Assembly: GCF_009914755.1 (NCBI RefSeq)
Contig: NC_060944.1
Direction: 5' to 3' (one strand)
DNA length: 64,000 bases
Source: the human T2T-CHM13v2.0 reference genome, Homo sapiens
Both the position numbers and the translations under genes were made by a program. Shown piece after piece: positions 14,475-32,200 of this stretch. The notes beneath the pieces are model-generated. The model saw only the letters and a list, made by a program, of their open reading frames with translations, did no database searches and was not told where the DNA came from. How positions within the stretch are numbered: position 1 is the first letter of the stretch; every line of letters starts with the position of its first letter.

Positions 14475-17040
14475 AAAGTTTTGCTCTACCAACTTAGGTC
14501 CAAGCGGGTGGGGGCCTGCAAATTGACCAACAGATTAACAGGAGAAAAAAGTATTATATATAAAATAATATATAATACTATGTATAAACTGGTTTGGTGG
14601 TTGTTAAGCTCTTCATTTCCCCCATTTGAAACTTCTCAAAAACATTCACAAACAAGGAGCAGGGTTGATTGCTATGGAGAGAAGACTAGGGCTACAAGTT
14701 CCAAGGAAAGAAATCTGCAAAAGGAGACAGCAACATAGATTAGAATGCGGAAACAAAAATAAAAATCAAGATTAATATCTGGAGCAACTATCAACCTAGT
14801 TTCTGAGACCAAAGGGCATCCAGTCAAAAAGACTTTTAAACATTGGGTTTGAAGCGTTTCTAGACAGGGGAGTGAGCATGGTATTGGCAAACTGACAGAT
14901 TTCCCAGTTTGCAGTTTGAAGGTTGTTGGTGATGGCGTAGATAGCAAATCACTATAACCACGGTCATGGCTGTTTCCTGGAGCGCAGCATAGAAGATGAG
15001 TGTTATAGTGAGCTTCCTGAGTGGCCCACACAGCAGCAGCTCCAAGCACGAGGCCCATACTCACACTTGATCTATTGTGATGATGACTATTTTGAAGTTC
15101 ATGTCAAGCCATCTAGCTTCAGCTCACAGGGCTTCTTAAGACCTTGGAGGGAAAGGGGCAAAACAAGACAACCTAGAGTCTCAAGGTTCCGGGCAGTCAG
15201 ATTTTTCAGTGATGCCAAGTCAGGAGGATGGGAGAAAATTTGGAAACATTAATTACTGGCAACATGTGTAAGATAGCAGGATTCAGTTTACAAAAAGGTA
15301 GAAATGGCTCAGAGGTAATGAGCAGGATTAGAATCTGATAACTCACATGAGCAGATTATAGTTTTCCATTGAAATATAGAATTTATAATCACCCCAATTT
15401 TGATCAAAGATAATAAAATTAATATTATTTTGTTTGTAAAATAAATCTAGTTTCATTAAATTTGGTTTGATTATTTATATGAATACTTCAAAAATGGTAA
15501 CAGACCACATTAAAGTTTGCTTTGCTGAACTGAGATTAGGAATCTCAAACTGGACTTTTAAAAGCCTGCTGGGACTAGGAAGTCAGGCCAAGAACTTGCT
15601 ACCGGATTTCACCTATAATGCCTATAGATTTGGATGGATTCCTTTTCTCAAGGTCCCCCAAATATCCTAAGATTCCTGGGCCTGCCGGGAAGTAGCCTTA
15701 CTAACTCACCTCCAAGGCTGGGAACCCTGAATGCAGGCACCAGTATGCTTTTTCCAAGAGGGCTTTGTAAGCATAGGCTCCATAAAGTCAACCTTATTTC
15801 CTTAAAGCTATCATTCTCAAATGACATTCCAATCTAATCCTTGGTCATAACCAGTTATGTCTTGTTACAAGGAGGACAGATTCTCATTGAAACTATGCAA
15901 ACAACTATATTGCCATGAAAATGGGGACACTCAATAAGAGTTTTGGAACTCTGGAGGGATCAGGCAGGGAGAAAAATAAGATATTTCATTTCTGTTTACA
16001 AAAGCATAATGTACGAAATTGTTGTAAGTTATAGATAGCTCACAAAGAAAAGAGAGACGGGTTCCTTAAATCCAGGATAAAATTTTAAACAAAGCCATAA
16101 TTTTATTCATCAGTTCATTTAGTCCAATGTAATTAATTCTTGTTCTGCTTGATCTAAGGTTAGTAGTTTTTTATGAATCCCCCAGCTTCTCCACTAGAGT
16201 TTTGGAATATATGATATAATCTCAAAGTTATTTATGCAATACCTTCAGAAGCCTGCACCCTAGAGTACTTGGCATATTCCTTTTCCATGGGTTTCCTTTT
16301 GTTGAAAACAAGTATTATAGCTTATTATAGCTTCTAGAAAAACTTCAGAATAAAACAATAACTATCCAGGATAAGAAGAGACTTAAATGGTGTGATTAAT
16401 GATCTGATGAGAGTTCACTATAAAAATAGCAAAATTGATGAGGAAATTTGGTTGTTTCTGTGGCATAGAACTTCTAAAATAAAAACTGGAATTATGACTA
16501 TAATATTATGCTATTGTTGTCTAATATCAGGCAAAGCAATACCAGCACACATCATAGCGTGGGCATTGACAAATTTCTAGGAACTTCATATACTTCCTGA
16601 AATATTTATATTCATAACATTTACATAAAATATGTGTAAAAATATAACCTTGGGAAAGTTATCTCTTCTTACTTGACAAAGCTTTTCATGCATTTCAACA
16701 TATCTAATTTTATTTTATTTTATTTTTTCATTTTTCCATCACTCCCTATCCTAATTAATTTTTGATATCTCTTTTTTTAATAAGGTAAAATAACAAATCC
16801 TTTGAGATTTTCCAGGGGCTTTCTGGAAAGTCAGGAATTTATAGCAGCTGAACTTGAACTTCCAGGATAAAAGGGTCATCATTCTTCTCCCACACTGTAA
16901 ACTCCTTTGTGGGGGTGAGGGAGTCAATGGAAGCCGTATTTTCAGGAGGCTCTGCTTAAGTTTAATGTTTCTTTCTGTGGCTGCTGATTGTTCGAATGTT
17001 TTCAGTTTAAAATAATCTTCAACCATTTTGGTGGGCTGTT
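14475..17040 (-). mobile_element. ERV1 MER4/MER34-group remnant (LTR pieces plus degenerate internal sequence)
   Basis: ggggcctgcaaattgaccaacagattaacaggagaaaa (LTR-like); ggctccataaagtcaacctt and aactatattgccatgaaaat (MER4-group internal motifs); no intact ORF. Confidence 0.65.
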
Positions 17041-17049
17041 CATCACTTC

Positions 17050-19555
<2,506 letters not shown>

Positions 19556-21332
19556 TGAGTTTATTTTAAAAGTTAGTTTATTACTTCCAAAGAATAGAAG
19601 AGAAATACTTTTAAAGTACATGTGATAATATATTCATATAATTTCTAAAGATCAAATCAGTGTAATTGGGATATTCATCACCTTAAATATTTGTCTCTTC
19701 TTTGTGCTGGAAACATTGAAATTATTCTCTTCTAGCTATTTTGAAATATATAATAGATTATTATAAACTATAGGCACCCTATTGAGCTATCAAACACTAG
19801 GTCTTATTTCTTCTATTAAATTATATATTTCTACCCATTACAAATTTTCCTCTCCTCCCCACCCCACTCCACTGTTCTTCCTGGTCTCTGGTAACCACCA
19901 ATCTACTCTCCACCTTCATAGATCCATTTTTTTAGCTCCCATATATGAGTGAGAATATGTGATATTTGTCTTTCTATGCTTAGCTTATTTCACTTAGCAT
20001 AATGGGGGCATCCAATTCTATCCATGTTGTTGCAAATGACAGGATTTTACTTTTTAATGGCTGAACAATATTCGATTGTGTATATATACCACATTTGCTT
20101 TATCCATTCATCCATTGATGGAGACTTAGCTTGATTCCATATTTTGGCTATTGCGAATAGTGCTGCAATAAACATGGAAGTGCAGATAGCTCTTCAGTGT
20201 ACTGATTTGATTTCTTTTGAATATATACCTAGCACTGAGATTGCTGGATCATATGGTAGTTGTAGTTTTTTAGTTTTTTGAGGAAACTCCATATAGTTTT
20301 CCATAGTGATTGTACTAATTTACATTCCTACAAACATATGTATATGTTTGGGTTCCCCTTCTCTACATTCTCACCATCATCTGATACTTTTTTGATAAGC
20401 ACCATTTTAACTGGGATGAGATGTTATCTCATTGTGGTTTTGATTTGCATCTCTGTGATGATTAGTGATGTTGAGCATTTTTTCATGTACCTGTTGTCCA
20501 TTCATATGTCTTCTTTTGAGAAATGTCTATTCAGATCTTTTGTCCATTTTTAATGAGTTTTTTTGCTATTGAATTATTTGAGCTCCTTATATTCTGGTTA
20601 TTAAACCCTTGTCAGATGGGTAGTTAGCAAATAATTTCTCCCATCCTGTGGATTGTCTTTTCACTTTGTTGATTGTCTCCTTTGCCGCGCAGAAACTTTT
20701 TAACTCGACGTAATGCCGCTTTTGTCTATTTTTGCTTTGGTTGCCTGTGCTTTTGAGGTCTTACACAAAAAATCCTTGTCCAGACCAATGTCCTGGAGTG
20801 TTTCCCCAATGTTTTCTTCTAGTAGTTTCATTGTGTCAGGTCTTAGATTTAAGATTTTCATCCATTTTTATTTTATTTTTGTGTATGGTGAGAGGTAGGG
20901 ATCTAGTTTCATTCTTCTACATGGTTGTAAACTGTAGTCACCCTACTGATCTATCAAACACTGGGTCATACTTCTTCTATTAAACTGTATGTTTGTACCC
21001 ATCAATCAACTTCTCTTTCTCTCCCCCACCCCTCTACTCTTCCTGACCTCTAGTAACCAGCAGTCTATTCTCTATCTTCATGAGATCCACTTTTTTAGTT
21101 TCCACATGTGAGTGAGAACATTTGATACTTGTTTTTTTTCACATTTGTTATACTCCTGGGCTGAAGTGATATATAGGTATGTAACACTGTGCCCAGATGG
21201 TGAATAATATTTTTAATGTGTTGTTGAATTTGGCTTGCTAGTATTTTGCTGAGGACTTTTGTATCCAGTTTTCCCAGCACCATTTATTGATGAGACTTTC
21301 CTTTCCCCGCTTTGTTATTGATGCCTTCGTCA

Positions 21333-21683
<351 letters not shown>

Positions 21684-22475
21684 TTATGTCTGAGTTCTCT
21701 ATTCTGTTCCATTGGTCTATGTGTCTGCTTTTTACACCAGTACCATGCTAATTTGGTTACTATCTCTTTGTAGTACATTTTAAAGTCAGGTAGTGTGATG
21801 CCTCTAGCTTTGTTCTTTTTGCTTATGATTGCTTTGGGTATTCAGGGTCTTTGTGGTTTTGTATAAATTTTAGCATTGTTTTTTCTGTTTCTATGAAGAA
21901 TGTCATTAGTATTTTGATAAGCCTTTCTTTGAATCTATAAATTGCTTTGGGTATTACTGTCGTTTTAACGATATTCTTCTAATGCATGACCATGGATTAT
22001 CTTTCCATTTTTGTATGTATGTGTCCTCTTCAATTTTTTTTATCAGTGTGTTTTAGTTTTCCTAATATAGGTCTTTCATTTCTTTGGTGAAATTGATTCC
22101 TAGGTATTTTATATTTTTTATAGCTATTGTAAATGGGATTGCTTTCTTGATCTCTTTTTCAGATTGTTTACTGTTGGTGATAAAATACTACTGATTTTTG
22201 TATTTTAGTTTTGTATCCTGCAACTTTACTGAATTTATTTATTAGTTCTGACAGATTTTTGGTGGGGTCTTTAGGTTTTTCTAAGTATAAGATCACGTTG
22301 TCTGTGAACAAAACAAATTTGACATCTTCCTTTTCAATTTGGATGCCCTTTCTTTCTCTTGCCTAATTCTTCTGTCCAGAATTCCTAGTATTATGTTGAA
22401 TAAAAGTGATGAAAGTGTGCATCCTTGTCTTGTTCTAGATCTTAGAGGAAAGTCTTGCAACTTTTTTTCATTTAG

Positions 22476-22905
<430 letters not shown>

Positions 22906-23120
22906 TGTTTTGAGGTATGTTCCTTCTGTACTCATTTTGTTGAAGGTTTTTATCATAAAGGGATGCTGACTTTTATTGCATGCTTTTTCAGCATCTCTTG
23001 AAATGATCACATAGTTTTTGTTCTTGGTTTTGTTAATGGGATGTATCACATTTATTGATTTGTGTACATTGAACCATCCTTGCATCCCTGAAATGAATCC
23101 CATTTGATCTTGGGGAATAA

Positions 23121-23247
23121 TTTTTTTTTTTTTGAGACAGAATTTTGCAATGTTTCCCAGGTTGGTCTTGAACTCTTGAGCTCAAGTGATCCCCCTGGCT
23201 CAGTCTCCCAGTAGCTGATACTGTAGGTATGTAACATTGTGCCCGAC
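23121..23247 (-). mobile_element. FLAM (Alu monomer)
   Basis: Single Alu arm with poly(T); TSD tgg(g/t)gaat(a/g)at. Confidence 0.85.
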
Positions 23248-23906
23248 TGGTGAATGATATCTTTAATGTGTTATGGAATTTGGTTTGCTAGTGTTTTGTT
23301 GAAATTTTTGTGTCTATGTTCTTCAGTGGTATTGGCCTGTAGTTTTCTTTTTTTGTTCTGTTCTTATCTGGTTTTGATATTACAGTAATGCTGTCCTCAT
23401 ACAATGAGTTTAGAAGTATTCCCTCCTCTTCAATTTTTTTGAAGAGTTACAGTAAAATTAGTATTCGTTCTTTAAATGTTTGGTAGAATTCATAGTGAAA
23501 CCATCAGGTCCTGGGCTTTTCCTTGATCGTAGACTTTTTATTATGGCTTCGATTTTGTTATTCATTATTGGTTTGTTGAAGTTTTCTATTTCTTTGTTGT
23601 TCAATCTTGGTAGGTTGTATAGTCAAGGAATTTATCAATTTTCTCTAGGTTTTCCAATTTGTTGGTGTGTAATTGTTCATAATATTCTCGAATGATCCTT
23701 TGTATTTTTGTGGTCTTAGTTGTTATATTTCCTTGTATGTTTCTGATTTTATTTGAGTCTTTTCTCTCTTTTTCTTAGTCTAGCTAAAGGTTTGTCTATT
23801 TTTGTACCTTTCAAAAACCAATTTTTCATTTTGTCTATCTTCTATATTTTTTGGTCTCAATTTCATTTATTTCTACTCTGATCTTTGTTTTGGCTATGAA
23901 GAAATG

Positions 23907-24410
23907 ATTTTTTTTTAAACTTTTAAGTTCAGGGGTACATGTGTAGGTTTGTTACATAGGTAAACTCATGTCATGGGGGTTTGTTGGACAGCTTATTTCA
24001 TCACCCAGGTATTAAGCCAGTACCCATGAGTTATTTTTCCTGATCCCTTCCCTCCTTTTACCCTCCACCATCCAGTAGGCCCCACTGTCTGTTGTTCCCC
24101 TGTATGTGTCCATGTGTTCTCATCATTTAGCTCCCACTTATGAGTGAGAACATGGAGTATTTGGTTTTCTGTTCCTATGTTTGTTTGGTAAGGATAACGG
24201 CATCCAGCTCCATGTTCCTGCAAAGGCTGCATAGTATTCCATGGTGTATATGTATCACATTGTCTTTATCCAGTCTACCATTGATGGGCATTTAGGTTGA
24301 GTTTATGTCTTTGCTTTTATGAATAGTGCTTCAGTGAATATACTGTGCATGTGTCTTTATGATAGAACAATTTATATTCCTTTGGTTAAATACTCAGTAA
24401 TGAGATTTTT
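23907..24410 (-). mobile_element. L1PA (PA13-16-like) 3' fragment
   Basis: Reverse L1PA 3'UTR inserted in L1MA. Confidence 0.85.
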
Positions 24411-25362
24411 GCTCCCATCTTTATTTCATTTCTTCCACTAATTTTGTGTTTTGTTTGCTCTTGCTTTTCTAGTTTCTTGAGGTACATCGTTAAGTTGTTT
24501 ATTTGAAGACTTCCTACTTTTCTGATGTGGGCTTTTATTGCTATGAACTTTCCTGTTAGTACTGCTTTTGCTGTATCTCATGGATTTTGGTATGTTGTAT
24601 TTCCATTTTCATTTGTTTCAAGAAATTTTTAAATTTCCATCTGAATTTCTTCATTGACTCATTGAAAATGATTGTTTAATTTCTATGTTTTGTGTATTTT
24701 TTGAGGTTTCTCTTTTTATTGATTTCTAGTTTTATTCCATTGTGGTCAGAAGAAATACTTGATATGATTTCTACTTTTTTGAATTTGTTGAGACTTCTTT
24801 TGTGGCCTAAGATTCTGGAGAATCTATTCTGGAGAATGTTTCATGTGCTGTTGAAAACAATGTGTATTCTGCAGCAGCTGGTTGAAATGTTCTGTAAATG
24901 TCAGTTAGGTCTGTTTGGTCTTGTGTGTAGTTTAAATCTGCTGTGTCTTTGTTGATTTTCTGTCTAGATAATCTGTCTACTACTGAGAGTGGAGTGTTGA
25001 AGCCCTTACTACTATTACGTTGCAGTCTATCTCTCCCTTCACATTTATTAATATTTGCTTTGTATACTCGAATACTCTAGTGTTGAGTTCATAGATATTT
25101 ATAATTGTTATATCCTGTTGATGGATTGACTCCTTTATCAGTATATAGTGATCTTCTTTGTCTTTTTTAGAAGTCTTTGTAGTCAATTTCATCTGATATT
25201 AATATAGCTACTACTGCTCTTTTTTGGTTTTCAGTTGCATGGAATATATTTTTCCACTTCCATTTTCAGTTTATGTGTGTCTTAATAGGTGAAATAGGTT
25301 TCTTGTAGGCAGCATATAGTTGGGTCTTGCTTCTTTATCTATTCATTTGCTCTATGTCTTTT

Positions 25363-25675
25363 ATTTTTACTTTTTTTTTTTTTTTTTTTTTGAGACAGGG
25401 TCTCCCTCTGTCACCCAGGCTGGAGTGCGGTGGCACCATCTCGGCTCAGTGTAGCTCGACCTTTCAGGCTCAAGCAATCCTCCCACCTCAACCTCCTGAG
25501 TAGCTGGGACTACAGGCACATGCCACTGCAACTGGCTAATTTTTTTTTTATTTTTAGTAGAGATGGGGTTTTGCCACATTGTCCAGGCTGGTCTTGAGCT
25601 CCTGAACACAAGCAATTTGCCTGAGTCAGCCTCCCAAAGTGCTGGGATTATAGGTGTGAGCTGCCGTGCTCAACA
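25363..25675 (-). mobile_element. AluJ
   Basis: Reverse Alu; TSD ctctatgtctttta. Confidence 0.93.
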
Positions 25676-25739
25676 CTCTATGTCTTTTAATTAGAGAATT
25701 GACTTCATTTAAATTCATTGTTATTAATGATAAGTAAGG

Positions 25740-26059
<320 letters not shown>

Positions 26060-26200
26060 TGATAAGTACAGGCTTTCAACTGCCATTTTGTTGCTTATTT
26101 TCTGGTGGTTTTGTGACTCCTCTTTTCCTTTCTTCCTTTCTTACTGTTGTCCTTTATGGCTAAGTGGTTTTCTCTGGTAGCATGTTTGAATTCATTGCTT

Positions 26201-29200
26201 CTTTTTTTTTTTTAACTTTTTAAAAATTTTTCCGTAAGTTATTCGGGTACAGGTGGTATTTGGCTACATGAGTAAGTTCTTTAGTGGTGATTTGTGAGAT
26301 TTTGTTGCACCCATCACCCAGGCAGTATACATTGTACTCTATTTGTAGTCTTTTATCCCTCATCCCCCTCCCAGCTTTCCCCCCAAGTCCCCAAAGTCCA
26401 TTGTGTCATTCTTTTTTGTTGTTGTTGTTGTTGTTGTTGAGACAGAGTCTCACTCTGTCACCCAGGCTGGAGCGCAGTGGCACAATCTTGGCTCACTGCA
26501 ACCTCTGCCTCCCTGGTTCAAGTGATTCTCCTGCCTCAGCCTCTCCCGAGCAGCTGGGACTACAGGGGTGCACCACCACACCCAGCTAATTTTTGTATTT
26601 TTTAGCAGAGATGGGGTTTCACCATATTGGCCAGGCTGGTCTTGAACTGCTGACCTCGTGATCTTCCCGCCTCAGCCTCCCAAAGTGCTGGGATTATAGG
26701 CATAAGCTATCATGCCTGGCTTGTGTCATTCTTATGCCTTTGTGTTCTCATAGCTTAGCTCCCACATATCAGTGAAAACATATGATATCTGGTTTCCATT
26801 CCTGAGTTACTTCACTTAGAATAATAGTCTCTAATCTCATCCAGGTAGCTGCAAATGCTGTTAATTCATTCCTCTTTATGGCTGAGTAGTATTCCATCAT
26901 ATATATCACAGTTTCTTTTTCCACTCGTTGATTGATGGCAATTTGGGTTGGTTCCATGATTTTGCAATTGCGAATTGTGCTGCTATAAACATGTATGTCC
27001 AAGTGTCTTTTTTGTATAATGACTATTTTCCTCTGGGTAGATCCCCAGTAGTGGGATTGCTGGATCAAATGGTAGTTCTACTTTTAGTTCTTCAAGAAAT
27101 GTCCACACCGTTTTCCATAGAGGTTGTACTAGTTTACATTCCCACCAGCAGTGTAGAAGTGTTCCCTGATCACCACATCCACGCCAACATCTACTGTTTT
27201 TTTTAATATATTTTTTTATTATGGCCATTCTTGCAGGAGTAAGGTGGTGTTGCATTGTGGTTTTGATTTGCATTTCCCTGATCATTAGTGATGTTGAGCA
27301 TTTTTTCATGTTTGTTGGCCAATTGTATATCTTCTTTTGAGAATTATCTATTCATGTCCTTAGCTCACTTTTTGATGGGATTGTTTGTTTTTTTTCTTAC
27401 TGATTTGTTTGAGTTCGTTGTAGATTCTGGATATTAGTCCTTTGTCAGATGTACAGATTGTAAAGACTTTCTCCCTCTCTGTAGGTTGTCTGTTTATTCT
27501 GCTAACCGTTCCTTTTGCCATGCAAAAGCTCTTTAGTTTAATTAAGTCCCAACTATTTATCTTTGTTTTTATTGCATTTGTTTTTGGGTTTTTGGTGATG
27601 AAATCCTTGCCTAAGCCAATGTCTAGAAGGGTTTTTCCAGTGTTATCTTCTAGAATTTTTATGGTTTCAGGTCTTAGATTTAAGAGTTGGTTTTTCCAAG
27701 GTGAGAGATGAGGATCCAGTTTCATTCTCCTACATGTGGCCAGGCAATTATCCCAGCACCATTTGTTGATAAGGGTGTCCTTTCCCCACTTTATGTTTTT
27801 GTTTTGTCAAAGATCAGTTGGCTGTATTTGGGTTTATTTCTGGGTTCTCTATTCTGTTCCATTGGTCTATGTGCCGATTTTTATACCAGTATCATGCTGT
27901 TTTGGTGACTCTCATGCTGTTTTGGTGGTGTGATGCCTCCAGACTTGTTCTTTTTGCTTAGTCTTGCTTTGGCTATGCGGGCTCTTTTTTGGTTCCATAT
28001 GAATTTTAGAATTGTATTTTCTAATTCTGTGAAGAATGATGGTGGTATTTTGATGGGGATTGCATTGAATCTGTAGATTGCTTTTGGCAGCATGGTCATT
28101 TTCACAAATATTGATTCTACCCATCCATGAGCATGGGATGTGTTTCCATTTGTTTGTTTCATCTGTGATTTCTTTCAGCAGTGTTTTGTAGTTTCCTTGT
28201 AGAGGCCTTTTGCCTTCTTGGTTATGTATATTCCTAAGTTTTTTTTTTTTTTTTTTTTTTGCATGCTATTATAAAAGGGGTTGAGTTCTTAATTTGATTC
28301 TCCACTTAGTTGCTGTTGGTGTATAGGAGAGCTACTGATTTTGTACATTAATCTTGTATCCAGAAGGTTTGCTGAATTCTTTTATCAGTTCTAGGAGCTT
28401 TTTGGAAGAGTCTTTAGGGTTTTCGAGGTAAACAATCATCTCATTGGTAAACAGTGACAGTTTGACTTCCTCTTTACTGATTTGGATGCCCTTTATTTCT
28501 TTCTCTTGTCTGATTGCTCTGGTTAGGACTTCCAGTGCTATGTTGAAGAGGAGTGGTGAGAGTGGGCATCCTTGTCTTGTTCCAATTCTCAGAGGGAATG
28601 CTTTCAACTTTTCCCCATTCAATATCATGTTGGCTGTGGGTTTGTCATAGATAGCTTTTATTACATTGAGGTATGTTCCTTGTATGCTGATTTTGCTGAC
28701 AGTTTTAATCATAAAGCGATGCTGGATTTCTTCAAATGCTTTTTCTGCATCTATTGAGATGATTGTTTGATTTTTGTTTTTAATTCTGTTTATGTGGTGT
28801 ATCACATTTATTGACTTGCATATGATAAGCCATCCCTGCATCCCTGGTATGAAACCCACTGGATCATGGTGGATTATCTTTTTCATATGTTGTTGGATTT
28901 AGTTAGCTAGTTTTTTGTTAAGGATTTTGGCATCTATGTTCATCAAGGATATCAGTCTGTAGTTTTCTTTTTTGGTTATGTCCTTTCCTGGTTCATCCAT
29001 AGAATGAATTAGGGAGGGTTCCTTCTTTCTCTATCTTGTGGAATAGTGTCAGAAAGATTGGTACCAATTCTTCTTTGAACGTCTGGAAGAATTCTGCTGT
29101 GAATCTGTCTGGTCCTGGACTTTTTTTTGTTGGTAATTTTTAAATTACCATTTCAACCTCACTGCTTATTATTGGTCTATTTAGGGTATCTAATTCTTCC

Positions 29201-32200
29201 TGATTTAAGCTAGGAGGGTTTTATCTTTCCAGGAATTTATCTATCTCTTCTAGGTTTTCTAGTTTGTGTGTATAAAGGTGTTCATAGTAGCCTTGAATGA
29301 TCTTTTGTATTTCATTGGTGTCAGCTGTAATATCTCCTGTTTCATTTCTTAATGAGATTATTTGAATATTCTCTCTTCTTTTCTTGGTTAATCTTGCTAA
29401 TGGTCTGTCAATTTTATTTATCTTTTCAAAGAACCATCTTATTGTTTCATTTATCTTTTGTATTTTTTTTGTTTCAATTTCATTTAGTTCTGCTCTGTTC
29501 TTGGTTATTTCCTTTCTTCTGCTGGGTTTGGGTTTGGTTTGTTCTTCTTTCTCTAGTTCCTTGAGATGTGACCTTAGAATGTCAGTTTGTGCTCTGTCAG
29601 TCTTTTTGATGTAGGTGTTTAAGGCTATGAACTTCCTCTTAGCACCACCTTTGCTGTATCTCAGAGGTTTTGATAGGTTGTATCATTATTGTCTTTCAGT
29701 TCAAAGAATTTTTAAATTTCCGTCTTGATTTCATTTTTGATGCAATGCTCATTCAGGAGCAGTTTATTTAATTTCCACATACTTGCATGGTTTTGAAGGT
29801 TCCTTTTGGAATTGATTTACAGTTTTATTCCACTGTGGTCTGAGAGGCTGCTTGATGTAATATTAATTTTCTTAAATTTATTGAAGCTTGTTTTATGGCC
29901 TATCATGGTCTATCTTGGAGAAAGGTCCATGTGCTATTGAATAGAATGTGCATTCTGTAGTTGTTGGATGAAATGTTCTGTATGTATCTGTTAAGTCCAT
30001 TTGTTCTAAGATATAGGTTAAATCCATTGCTTCTTTGTTGACTTTTTGTCTTGATGACCTGTCCAGTGCTGTCAGTGGAGAACTGAAGTCCCCCACTATT
30101 ATTGTGTTGCTGTCTATCTCATTGCTTAGGTCTATTAGTAATTAGTAAATTTGGGACCTCCAGTGTTAAGTGCATATATGTTTAGGATTGTGATATCTTC
30201 CTGCTGGACAAGGCCTTTTACCATTATATAATGTCCCTCTTTGTCTCTTTTAACTGCTGTTGCTTTAAAGTTTGTTTTGTCTGATATAAGAGTAGCTACC
30301 CCTGCTTGCTTTTGGTGTCCATTTGCATGAAATGCCTTTTCCCACCCCTTTACTTTAGGTTTATGTGGGTCCTTATGTGTGAGTCTCCTGAAGGTAGCAG
30401 GTGGTTGGTGAGTTCTTATCAATTCTCCAGTTCTATATGTTTTAAGCGGAACATTTAGGCCATTTACATTTAATGTTAGTGTTGAGATGTGAGGTACCAT
30501 TACATTCGTAATGTTATTTGTTGTCTGTGTTCCTTGTTTTTGTTTTTGCTTTTTAACATGTATTTTTGTATAGGTCCTGTGTGATTTATACTTTAAAGAG
30601 GTTCTGTTTTGATGTGTTTCCAGTATTTGTTTTAAGATTTAGATCTCCTTTTAGCAGATCTTATAGTGGAGGCTTAGTAGTGGCGAATTCTCTCAGCATT
30701 CGTTTGTCTGAAAAAGACTGTATCTTTCCTTCATATCTGATGCTTAGTTTCTCTGGATACGAAATCCTTGGCTGATAATTGTTTTGTTTGAGGAGGCTGA
30801 AGATAGGGCCCCAATCCCTTCTAGCTTATAGGGTTTCTGCTGAGAAATCTGCTGTTAGTCTGATAGGTTTTCCTTTATAGGCTATCTGGTACTTTTGTCT
30901 CACAGCTCTTAAGATTCTTTCCTTCATCTTAACTCTAGATAACCTGATGACAGTTTGCCTAGGCAATGATCTTTTTGTGTTGAATTTCTCAGGTGTTCTT
31001 TGTGCTTCTTGTATTTGGATGTCCAGGTCTCTAGCAAGGCTGGGGAAGTTTTCCTCGATTTTTCCCCCAAATATGTTTTCCAAACTTTTAGATTTCTCTT
31101 CTTCCTCAGGAATACTGATTATTCTTAGGTTTGGTCGTTTAACATAATCCCAGACTTCTTGGAGGCTTTGTTCATATTTTATTATTCTTTTTTCTTTGTT
31201 TTTGTTGGATTGGGTTAATTCGAAGATGTTGTCTTTGAACTCTGAATTTCTTTCTTCTGCTTGTTCAATTATGTTGCTGAGACTTACCAGAGCATTTTGC
31301 ATTTCTATAAGTGTGTCCAATTTTTCCTGAATGTTTTATTGTTTTTTCTTTATGTTATCTATTTCCTTGAATATTTCTCCCTTCACTTCTTGTATCGTTT
31401 TTTGGATTTCCTTGCATTGGGCTTCGCCTTTCTCTGGTGCCTCCCTGATAAGCTTAATAACTAACCTCCTGAAATCTGTTTCAGGTAAATCAGGGATTTC
31501 TTCTTGGTTTGGATCCATTGCTGGTGAACTAGTGTGATTTTTTGGGGTTGTTAAAGAGCCTTGTTTTGTCATATTACCAGAGTTGGTTTTCTGGTTCCTT
31601 CTTATTTGGGTAGGCTCTGTCAGAGGGAAAGTCTAGGGCTGAAGGCTGTTGTTCAGATTCTCTTGTCCCACAGGGTGTTCCTTTGATATAGTACTCTCCC
31701 CCTTTTCCTATGGATGTGGCTTCCTGTGAGCTGAACTACAGTGATTGTTCTCTCTCTTCTGGGTCTAGCCACCCAGCAAGTCTACCCAGCTCTGGGCTGG
31801 TACGGGGGGTTGTCTGGATAGAGTCCTATGATGTGAACCATCTGTGGGTCTCTCAGCCGTGGATACCAGTGCCTGTTCCGGTGGAGGTGACGGTTGGTGG
31901 TGGGGTCGGGGTGGGGGTTGAAATGGACTCTGTGAGAGTTTTTAGCTTTGGTGGTTTAATGCTCTATTTTTGTGTTGGTTGGCCTCCTGCCAGGTGGTGG
32001 ATGGGGCCCTAGAACTCCCCAAATTATATGCTCTTTGTCTTCAGCTACCAGGGTGGGTAGGGAAGGACCATCAGGTAGGGGGCATGGCTAGGCATGTCTG
32101 AGCTCAGACTGTCCTTGGGTGGGTCTTGCTGCAGCTGCTGTGGGAGATGGGGGTGAGGTTCCCAGGTAAGTGGAGTTGTGTACCTAGGAGGATTATGGCT

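Noticed and set aside
14672-15064. 130-aa minus ORF in the ERV remnant as a possible env
   Set aside because: No furin site, CX6CC or immunosuppressive-domain motif visible
28332-31320. RT, endonuclease and ORF1p-like ORFs (also 56626-59362)
   Set aside because: Fragmented L1 remnants with many stops and frameshifts; not retrotransposition-competent
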